Source: a virus. From it: a DNA stretch of 64,000 nt. The DNA lies in IMG/VR virus record IMGVR_UViG_3300029505_000004, positions 460-64,459 of that record, one strand, 5' to 3'. Shown here piece after piece: positions 54,099 to 60,803 of the stretch; position 1 is the first letter of the stretch; each line of letters opens with the position of its first letter. The notes below the pieces were generated by a model. The model searched no databases, was not told the origin of the DNA, and saw nothing but the letters and a program-made list of their open reading frames with translations. A program made the position numbers and the translations under genes.

Positions 54099-54622
54099 AG
54101 TTCTTCATTATTAGAATTTATACTTTGTTCATTTAAAGAGTTGTTCCAGTAGCTAAGTGTAAAATACCAATACATTTCACCACCTTTTGATTCTGCGTAT
54201 TTAAAAGTTATAAGACAAGAATTAAATTCATCAAAAAAATACTTCTTTTTCGTGTTACTCTCATCCACTTCGTACTGATTTATTATATCGTATTTTTCAT
54301 CTAACTTATCTTTAAAGAAATTATAATCTTCTAGTGCGTCAGACCTTCTTTTATAAGGAATGCTAAAATCTATCGAATAGAACTCTTCATTATAAAATTG
54401 CATTTCTACAAATTTCCATGAATAACCTGCAAAATCTTGATCATAAAGCATTAAAGAGTTTTGATCTTCTCTAAAGTATATGTTATCTCTATTAAGTCCG
54501 CTTTTAATAACCTTTTTATTCAATCCGAAAAAATATCCCCAAAATTTATTTTGCACAGTTTGTTGGCAAAAGATATTTAATGAAAAGAAAAACAGACAAA
54601 TAAAAATTATATATTTTTTCAT
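54095..54622 (-). CDS. secreted hypothetical protein (moron candidate)
   Basis: Signal-peptide-like MKKYIIFICLFFFSLNIFCQQ. ATGA-coupled to the lipoprotein gene. Confidence 0.6.
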   Translation of the reverse strand: MKKYIIFICLFFFSLNIFCQQTVQNKFWGYFFGLNKKVIKSGLNRDNIYFREDQNSLMLYDQDFAGYSWKFVEMQFYNEEFYSIDFSIPYKRRSDALEDYNFFKDKLDEKYDIINQYEVDESNTKKKYFFDEFNSCLITFKYAESKGGEMYWYFTLSYWNNSLNEQSINSNNEEL

Positions 54623-54624
54623 GC

Positions 54625-55245
54625 TTATAATCTTATACTTCCAACAACTAAATTATACGATCTTATATCCTCTTTGGGTATCGAGAAGTCTGGAAACTCC
54701 GGATTGAAGGACTTGCACACAATATAATCTCCATTATCATATATCCTTTTAATGACAACGCCTTGAGTTGTATCTAATACATGTACTCTTCCCCATTGAA
54801 GAAACCTCTTTTCGTTTACCCGCAAACACGCCACTTCATCACCGGCAAAATATTCCGGCTCCATACTCCGGCCGACTATTCTGATAGTAAAATCATATCT
54901 GGGGAAAACTCCTATTATAGGAACCTGTTCGCATTGATACTCCGCCACACCCTCTACTGTTTCGGTGAGTGTGCCTGCTGCCGCATCATAGGGTATTCTG
55001 GGGCGAGTATTATTCTTATCGAAGAACTGTTCTTTAGAGATAACCATATCACCTACTCCATTTAAAAGCCAGTCTGAATTCAAATCAGGATAAACACAGA
55101 GTATTCTCTGTAATTTATCCGCTCCTATGCCTTTAGAAATGTTGTTTACAAATCCATTGCTCAAGCCAACGGACTTTTCAAAACGACTTTGGCTAAGCCC
55201 TTTGTGCTTTATAAAAGCAACAAGTCTATCTTTTACGGTAAGCAT
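54625..55245 (-). CDS. CI/LexA-like repressor (XRE HTH plus S24 peptidase)
   Basis: N-terminal HTH LSQSRFEKSVGLSNGFVNNISKG. C-terminal S24 motifs VGRSMEP (Ser) and VVIKRI (Lys). Confidence 0.85.
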   Translation of the reverse strand: MLTVKDRLVAFIKHKGLSQSRFEKSVGLSNGFVNNISKGIGADKLQRILCVYPDLNSDWLLNGVGDMVISKEQFFDKNNTRPRIPYDAAAGTLTETVEGVAEYQCEQVPIIGVFPRYDFTIRIVGRSMEPEYFAGDEVACLRVNEKRFLQWGRVHVLDTTQGVVIKRIYDNGDYIVCKSFNPEFPDFSIPKEDIRSYNLVVGSIRL

Positions 55246-55266
55246 ACAATATATAATTAATGTTAA

Positions 55267-55317
55267 TTACAGAAATTTCTCTATGTTTTTATACTCGCTT
55301 TACAGAGATTTCTCTAT
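55267..55317. promoter_or_regulatory. paired operator candidates in the repressor/early divergent region
   Basis: TTACAGAAATTTCTCTAT (55267-55284) and TTACAGAGATTTCTCTAT (55300-55317), 17/18 identical, starts 33 bp apart. Core AGAAATTTCT is palindromic. Confidence 0.55.
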
Positions 55318-55322
55318 CTTTG
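55315..55322 (+). promoter_or_regulatory. candidate Bacteroidota-type -7 box (TATCTTTG) for rightward early transcription
   Basis: Matches TAnnTTTG and overlaps the second operator copy. Confidence 0.35.
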
Positions 55323-55454
55323 CACAGAACAAAGTAAGTAAGTAAACGCAAAGCAAGAAAAAAAGAGCGACTACCGGAGTAGACACTACACACACATTCT
55401 ATAAATACAAAGATAGGAAATTCTTTTGTTCTTGCCGCATAAACACAGGAAAAT

Positions 55455-55676
55455 ATGTCGGATAAAATAACAGTAACAGACATTCAGAGGATTGAGCCGG
55501 GTACCTCAATGACGTGGACACTCCCTCCTGCTAAATGCTTGTCAGCAAAAGCAATGGCATACGAATATGCCTTCAAGAAGAAGGATCCTCGCATAGAGAG
55601 ATACAAGGTAAGTATCAACACCAAAGAATCAAAGATAACCATTACAGCAATACCAGTTAAACCCAAACAATTATGA
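55455..55676 (+). CDS. hypothetical early protein
   Basis: 73-aa ORF, first gene rightward of the switch region. Confidence 0.55.
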   Translation: MSDKITVTDIQRIEPGTSMTWTLPPAKCLSAKAMAYEYAFKKKDPRIERYKVSINTKESKITITAIPVKPKQL

Positions 55677-55891
55677 TGAACAGAATTTCTAAAACAGCTT
55701 TAGCCGCTATTACGGCAATTATCTTAATCGGTTTTCTAGTCAATAACCGGAAAGACTATTCTTCAGATGTTATCAGCCAGATCAATGAAAATGCAAAGGC
55801 TTCCATCATGTATAAGCTGGGGCCGGATGCAACAGATACCGAGATCGCGCGCGAATACCTAACCAATAAAGACTTCTACGATGCTCAATGA
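55673..55891 (+). CDS. small membrane-anchored protein
   Basis: 72 aa. TM segment ALAAITAIILIGFLV. ATGA overlap with the neighbouring gene. Confidence 0.55.
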   Translation: MMNRISKTALAAITAIILIGFLVNNRKDYSSDVISQINENAKASIMYKLGPDATDTEIAREYLTNKDFYDAQ

Positions 55892-56111
55892 AACGGCAAT
55901 AATGATCACGATGAACAATAAGACGTTTGGCCTTCGTGAATCAGCGTCTATTGTCGGTGGAATGTCACGTTTGCAAAAGCTTCTTGACAACGGATCTATA
56001 AGGTTCCACAAGAAGAGTGACAAACAAAATGCCAAGACGTTCTGCAATGCGTGGGACGTTCTGAAAAATGCTTCGATTGAACGTGCCATAGTAGGCCGTC
56101 CAAGAAAGTAA
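55881..56111 (+). CDS. hypothetical small protein (possible HTH)
   Basis: 76-aa ORF ending 4 nt before tRNA-Arg. The start is uncertain. Confidence 0.45.
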   Translation: MLNETAIMITMNNKTFGLRESASIVGGMSRLQKLLDNGSIRFHKKSDKQNAKTFCNAWDVLKNASIERAIVGRPRK

Positions 56112-56115
56112 GATA

Positions 56116-56187
56116 CGCTTTGTAGTTCAACGGATAGAACGGAAGTTTCCTAAACTTCAAATCCGGGTTCGATCCCCGGCAAAGTGA
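56116..56187 (+). tRNA. tRNA-Arg (anticodon CCT)
   Basis: Hand-folded cloverleaf: acceptor CGCTTTG/CAAAGTG, D-stem GTTC/GAAC, anticodon stem GAAGT/ACTTC with loop TTCCTAA, T-arm CCGGG-TTCGATC-CCCGG. No encoded CCA. Confidence 0.85.
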
Positions 56188-56548
56188 CACAATAAAATAG
56201 ATCTTTGACATGCTTAACATACAAACATGTACTGACGTTAAGAAATGACATCTAGCGGAAACGCGGTTATGGTGTCTGGGCTTGTCAGTACATTATCAAG
56301 TCCAAAACAATTGCTGATTAAACGGCTGGGTATGTCCCTTAATGACAAGATCGCGCTTGCGGCCACCCCTGTGGTAAGATTCCACCAGATTATTCTGTGA
56401 CAGGTTGAAGCCTTCGAGGGGTACTGCCAAAGTTCATAAGGTTTTTTTTCTAAGCTAGGATTGTCTTTTGGGTTAATTTATTTTGTTTAAATGGTTTTTT
56501 ATCTTTCCTGCTGGTCTGTGAAGATCGGCAGGTTTCTTTAAAAAACAC

Positions 56549-56622
56549 GGATCAGTAGCTTAGTTGGTGAAAGCGGCGGCCTCATAAGCCGAAGATCCAC
56601 GGTTCAAGCCCGTGCTGATCCA
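56549..56622 (+). tRNA. tRNA with CAT anticodon (elongator Met or Ile2)
   Basis: Acceptor GGATCAG/CTGATCC, D-stem GCTT/AAGC, anticodon loop CTCATAA, T-arm CACGG-TTCAAGC-CCGTG. The 1:72 pair is Watson-Crick, so it is not initiator-like. Confidence 0.85.
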
Positions 56623-56669
56623 CGCTTGTAGAAAAGCAATTCTATTTTCTTAATCTTAACCACTGGACA

Positions 56670-56734
56670 GGGGCTGTAGATCAATGTAGATCATCACTTC
56701 GGTGAAGATGCGGATTCGTAACCCGCCAGCTCCA
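56670..56734 (+). ncRNA. tRNA-like element lacking an anticodon loop
   Basis: Acceptor GGGGCTG/CAGCTCC (7 bp, one G-U). D-stem GATC/GATC. T-arm GCGG(A)-TTCGTAA-(C)CCGC. The anticodon arm is replaced by TCAC-TTCG-GTGA (4-bp stem, UUCG tetraloop). Total 65 nt. Confidence 0.45.
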
Positions 56735-56788
56735 CAATACTTGTAACTAACAGCAAAGGTGGTGTGAATGCGCCAGGGCTTGTGATCA

Positions 56789-56821
56789 AGGAATGCGTTG
56801 GGAATGCGTTGGGAATGCGTG
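56789..56821. repeat. 3 x 11-bp tandem repeat
   Basis: AGGAATGCGTT GGGAATGCGTT GGGAATGCGTG. Confidence 0.85.
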
Positions 56822-56903
56822 TCTGGTGATATGGGGCCTAGTATGTCAGGCGGCGGCGGTGATGAACCGTGGGCACCGTGGAAAAGCGTGATAGATAAAC
56901 AGA

Positions 56904-56938
56904 GCAAGACGTCCCGCAAGACGTCCCGCAAGATGTCC
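56904..56938. repeat. 3 x 12-bp tandem repeat
   Basis: GCAAGACGTCCC GCAAGACGTCCC GCAAGATGTCC. Confidence 0.85.
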
Positions 56939-57080
56939 TTGAGAGACCAAGTACGCGAGCCAGTAAGCATCATTAATGGGAAGAGTTGCCGGTTAAATTC
57001 AATAGCGTATCTCTTTTTTTTTTAAAAAAAGTCGTCCGCTAAATGGGAAAGCTACACCCTATTCCTAAAAAAACCTGGCA

Positions 57081-57134
57081 TTTGCTAGCAATTGCTAGCA
57101 TTTGGTAGCATTTGCTAGGTTTGCTAGCAATTGC
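57081..57134. repeat. iteron array A: five and a half copies of a 10-bp unit wTTGCTAGCA
   Basis: TTTGCTAGCA ATTGCTAGCA TTTGGTAGCA TTTGCTAGG TTTGCTAGCA ATTGC. Helical (9-10 bp) phasing. Palindromic core TGCTAGCA. Confidence 0.85.
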
Positions 57135-57263
57135 TTTCACTCGCCAAAAAAATACGCTAAATTCTTCTATTTTTGGAAGAATAAATCAATTTTCGATGAA
57201 ATATTTTTACATGGTTAATTAGTTGTATTTCAGCGAGTAAAGTATCATCAAAGAGGTTGAAGT

Positions 57264-57298
57264 CTAGCAAATGCTAGCAAATGCTAGCAAATGCTACA
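57264..57298. repeat. iteron array B: three to four copies of the same unit in inverted orientation
   Basis: TCTAGCAAA TGCTAGCAAA TGCTAGCAAA TGCTAC. TGCTAGCAAA is the reverse complement of TTTGCTAGCA. Confidence 0.85.
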
Positions 57299-57370
57299 TG
57301 ATATATGATATATATAATAAGATAATATATATTATTAACCCCTTTATATTTCCCCTTAGAACTTTCAGCT

Positions 57371-57400
57371 TGTCCGGTCATATCCGGACAGGCTTTTTTT
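57371..57400 (+). terminator. rho-independent terminator-like hairpin
   Basis: TGTCCGG-TCATAT-CCGGACA followed by GGCTTTTTTT. Confidence 0.55.
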
Positions 57401-57421
57401 ATAACCTAAAACTTAATCACA

Positions 57422-57595
57422 ATGGAAGAAAAAAACATTCTGCTGATCGGACAGGATTCTCAAGGTAATCTGGTTCTGGTTAAACGTCCTGAAGATGGAA
57501 CTTCATTTTCTGAACAGACGCTGAAATTAAATGAAGAAGATCAGGTTCTTCTGAAAAACTATTTGTCAACCATTAAAACAAAATCAAATGAGTAA
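57422..57595 (+). CDS. small hypothetical protein (57 aa), below the ORF-track cutoff
   Basis: Hand translation: MEEKNILLIGQDSQGNLVLVKRPEDGTSFSEQTLKLNEEDQVLLKNYLSTIKTKSNE. Its stop overlaps the RecT-like start by 8 nt. Confidence 0.45.
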   Translation: MEEKNILLIGQDSQGNLVLVKRPEDGTSFSEQTLKLNEEDQVLLKNYLSTIKTKSNE

Positions 57596-58532
57596 CGTAT
57601 CAATGAAATTAAGCGAATTCCAGAAGTTCAATTCTGAAAACATTCTGGAGTATGATGTAGTCCAGGAAAAGGTTGTTGAATTATACAACATGATCTGGGG
57701 GCAAGGCGGTGAATCCTTCATCGAACGTGAGACACAGAACTTCCTGAAGATTATCCGGGAAAGCAAAGCCTTAAAAGCATGTACGGCTTTCTCGGTATAT
57801 ACTTGCATGATTGATCTTGCAGTTACCGGCCTGACAGTTGAACCGGGCGCACAGGCAATGGCTTATCTGATCCCACGCAATGTATGTATCGGGAAAAGCC
57901 CAAACAACGGACAGGATATCTACGAAGCGCGCTGTCAGTTGAAAATCTCCGGATATGGCGAATTATCCATGCGTACAGCTTCCGGCCAGATCCTTTATGC
58001 TGACAATCCTATCATAGTATACGACAATGATGATTTTTCCTGCTCAGTTTCCGGAGATGTCAAGAATGTGGAATATAAGTGCAACCTTCCGCACAAAGGA
58101 CATCAGATAATCGGTTGCTTTGTCCGCATAGTAAGGCCAGACCACTCTGTCGATTATTCCTGGCTCCTTGAAGAAGAGATTGAACGCCTGAAAGGTTACT
58201 CCTTAAAAGCAAACAGAAAATGGAATGATAGGGACAGAAAATGGGAATTAAAGGCTAATGATCTCTATTCATCTAATGATGGCCAGATAGATTCCGGTTT
58301 TCTGATCGCCAAGACTATCAAACACGCCTTCAAGACTTATCCCAAATTGAGGATCGGTAAATACACCAGTCTCCAGTCTGACGATAATACACAGGATCCG
58401 GCAATGGATATCTATCAGGTCCAACAGCCAGAACAGGACAGACCATTCGGCCCTGATGTGAACAACATTGCTCAGGGTGTCAGAATAGAACCTAAAGATA
58501 CAGACCAGAAAAGTGATGATACACCATTTTAA
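57588..58532 (+). CDS. recT: RecT-family single-strand annealing protein
   Basis: ALKACTAFSVYTCMIDLAVTGLTVEPGAQAMAYLIPR matches the conserved RecT core (C/T..S......A..GL...P....AYLIP). Confidence 0.8.
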   Translation: MSNVSMKLSEFQKFNSENILEYDVVQEKVVELYNMIWGQGGESFIERETQNFLKIIRESKALKACTAFSVYTCMIDLAVTGLTVEPGAQAMAYLIPRNVCIGKSPNNGQDIYEARCQLKISGYGELSMRTASGQILYADNPIIVYDNDDFSCSVSGDVKNVEYKCNLPHKGHQIIGCFVRIVRPDHSVDYSWLLEEEIERLKGYSLKANRKWNDRDRKWELKANDLYSSNDGQIDSGFLIAKTIKHAFKTYPKLRIGKYTSLQSDDNTQDPAMDIYQVQQPEQDRPFGPDVNNIAQGVRIEPKDTDQKSDDTPF

Positions 58533-58543
58533 CAAAAATCATT

Positions 58544-59725
58544 ATGGAAAAACAGCTAATTAACTACAATGACATTACTAGCATTGCGCAGATTGCGCCT
58601 GATGCGGTAACCAACAACCAGACTTCGGCAGCGGCATGTTTACAATACGGGGAAAATCTTCTCCGTATTGTCGAAGAAGAAGGAATGAATGATGAAATAG
58701 ATGAAAAGCTGGCCAACTATATCAAAAGGTCCAGATCTACCATTCAGGCTATGACGGACCGGAGAAAGCCGGTTACCCAGTTGTTTGACAATATCCGTTC
58801 AGGATTTACTCAGCTTGAATCAAGCATAGATCCAAAGGTAGCCGGATCCCCGGCAAACAAAGCCCAGAAGCTTCGCGATGATTATGCGAGAAAGAAACAT
58901 GAAGAAGAACAGAAAAGAAGGAAGGAAGCAGAACTTCTTGCACGGAAGCAACAGGAAAGGGCCAAGTACCGTGAAGATCTGGAACAGGAATTGTTCGGGT
59001 TCTTCAACCAGAAAACAACTCAGTCTATCAACAAGCTGATAACTCTTAATAAGTCAATCACATTGCAAACCTTTGACGCGGTTTCAGCTGATATACAATC
59101 TTTCGACTGTACTTTCCCCGTTTCCGAACTTTCCAGATACACATTCGGAGTAATGCTTCCTTCTTCTCTTGATATGACAGAGATACAGACTATCCAGAAA
59201 GAAGTTCTCCAGAAAGGTCAGGCAATGATGGAACAATACAACTTTGACGTGCAGGATCAGAAGGACAGCATAATGCAGGTACTTCCTTCCAAGTACAACG
59301 AACTTCTTGCTATCGAAGAACAAAGAAAGACAGACGAACAGGCTGCCTTGTTGAGAGAAGAAGAAATGAAGCGCAAGGAAGCTGAAGAACAGGCCCGTCA
59401 GGATCTCCAGAGGAAACAGGCAGAAGAACTTCTTAAGCAACAGTCTGCCGCGGCCAACTTGTTTCAGGCTTCTTCTACAACTTTTGTCAGTTCTCCGGAA
59501 AAGAAGATTAAAGTCAAGAAATGTGTTAATGTTCTTAACCCGATAGGATATGCAGAGATATTCAACTACTGGTGGATAAACGAAGGCCAGCACTTGAATG
59601 AAGAAGAAATGAAGAAAATATTCAAGAAGCAGATCACTTATGCAGAGAAGGCTGCAAACCAGGCAAGGCCAGACTTCATCCAGTCAGACAATATACAATA
59701 CATTGATGATGTGAAAGCGAAATGA
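58544..59725 (+). CDS. hypothetical coiled-coil protein of the recombination module
   Basis: 393 aa with long E/K/Q-rich helices. Lies between the RecT-like and nuclease genes. Confidence 0.6.
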   Translation: MEKQLINYNDITSIAQIAPDAVTNNQTSAAACLQYGENLLRIVEEEGMNDEIDEKLANYIKRSRSTIQAMTDRRKPVTQLFDNIRSGFTQLESSIDPKVAGSPANKAQKLRDDYARKKHEEEQKRRKEAELLARKQQERAKYREDLEQELFGFFNQKTTQSINKLITLNKSITLQTFDAVSADIQSFDCTFPVSELSRYTFGVMLPSSLDMTEIQTIQKEVLQKGQAMMEQYNFDVQDQKDSIMQVLPSKYNELLAIEEQRKTDEQAALLREEEMKRKEAEEQARQDLQRKQAEELLKQQSAAANLFQASSTTFVSSPEKKIKVKKCVNVLNPIGYAEIFNYWWINEGQHLNEEEMKKIFKKQITYAEKAANQARPDFIQSDNIQYIDDVKAK

Positions 59726-60372
59726 ATCCGGATAATTACTACAACAGAAACGAAATCAGCAATTCGGATCTTACAGAGTTAAAGAATCTTCTTTATCCCC
59801 GGCTTCAGTTCGGGGATAAAGAAAAGATCTTTGCCTTCGGATCTCTTGTGGATGCAATAATCACGGAACCTGCAAGGGTAAACTACTTTCAGCTAAAGGT
59901 TGATGATGTTCAATATACGGAAGATGATTTTGCACTTGCACGCGAAATGCACAAGTCACTTCTGATGGAAGCCAGAAAAGATCAGTTCCTAGCTTACGTG
60001 CTTGAAAATTCCGATACACAGAAGTTCATGGTAAAGGAACGGGAGTTTGACTATTGCGACTTTAAGTTCACTTTACCTACGCGATGTAAATGGGACTGGT
60101 TCCTGTCGGCTGCCGGTTTTGGCGGTGATCTGAAAACCACGTTCGCCAGATCGCAACAGGAGTTTGACGAAGCAGTAGACTTCTTCGACTGGGACAGAAG
60201 TCGCGCATGGTATATGGATATTGCCGGATCAGATAAAGACTTCATCTATGCGATAAGTAAGAAAAACTGCAAGATCTTCAAAAAATTCATTGAGAGAGGT
60301 GATCAAGTGTATAGACGTGGCTTTGACAAGTATAACGAATTGGCGTTCAAATATTATCTGTTTGTGTTATGA
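59722..60372 (+). CDS. PD-(D/E)XK-type exonuclease candidate (RecT partner)
   Basis: FGSLVDAIITEP ... GGDLKTT (a D/E-x-K-like motif). Position downstream of RecT. ATGA overlaps. Confidence 0.6.
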   Translation: MNPDNYYNRNEISNSDLTELKNLLYPRLQFGDKEKIFAFGSLVDAIITEPARVNYFQLKVDDVQYTEDDFALAREMHKSLLMEARKDQFLAYVLENSDTQKFMVKEREFDYCDFKFTLPTRCKWDWFLSAAGFGGDLKTTFARSQQEFDEAVDFFDWDRSRAWYMDIAGSDKDFIYAISKKNCKIFKKFIERGDQVYRRGFDKYNELAFKYYLFVL

Positions 60373-60803
60373 AGATATTGTGTGTTGTTACTGAAAATGG
60401 TCTAGCCCCAAAGTATGACAGTGACCGGGAAGAGTTTTCCCGGCTTAAAAGAAACACTGATGTTTTGGTAGAGGTGGGGCAAAAGAGAAATTATGAGTTT
60501 CACAAAAAATTCTTTGCCCTTCTTAAGTTGACATACGATAACTTCCCGGAATGGATGGAAGATAATCTGAATGTACATTCTGTTGAGGATCTCAGGACGC
60601 GTCTTAAGATTGATCTGGGCCTGTACGAAGTTTCGCATTACGGGAACCAGTCTGTAATTATACCGAAATCTATTGCATTTGACAAGATGGATGAAACTGA
60701 ATTTGAAAAGTTCTACAAAATGTCAGTAAATCACATTTTGAAAAACTATCTCAAAGGAGTAACTAACGAGCAAATTGAGGAAGAAATATGGAAGTTCCTA
60801 TAA
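60369..60803 (+). CDS. hypothetical protein
   Basis: 144-aa ORF, coupled on both sides. Confidence 0.6.
   Translation: MKILCVVTENGLAPKYDSDREEFSRLKRNTDVLVEVGQKRNYEFHKKFFALLKLTYDNFPEWMEDNLNVHSVEDLRTRLKIDLGLYEVSHYGNQSVIIPKSIAFDKMDETEFEKFYKMSVNHILKNYLKGVTNEQIEEEIWKFL

Noticed and set aside
56656-57025. Track ORFs 56656-56973 (-) and 56798-57025 (+) as protein-coding genes.
   Set aside because: They overlap each other and consist largely of translated tandem DNA repeats. The - strand ORF also overlaps the tRNA-like element. They lack coupling to neighbouring genes. Kept as non-coding, although protein-level conservation was not testable.
57081-57298. CRISPR-like appearance of the TGCTAGCA repeats.
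   Set aside because: The units are only 10 bp and directly abutting, with no spacers. The two blocks are inverted. There are no cas genes. This is iteron/operator architecture, not CRISPR.
57271-57468. 65-aa + strand ORF spanning iteron array B, the AT tract and the terminator hairpin.
   Set aside because: It is translated from repeats and AT-only DNA and reads through a terminator hairpin. The SD-less but well-placed 57422-57595 ORF, overlapping the RecT start, is the more plausible coding unit here.
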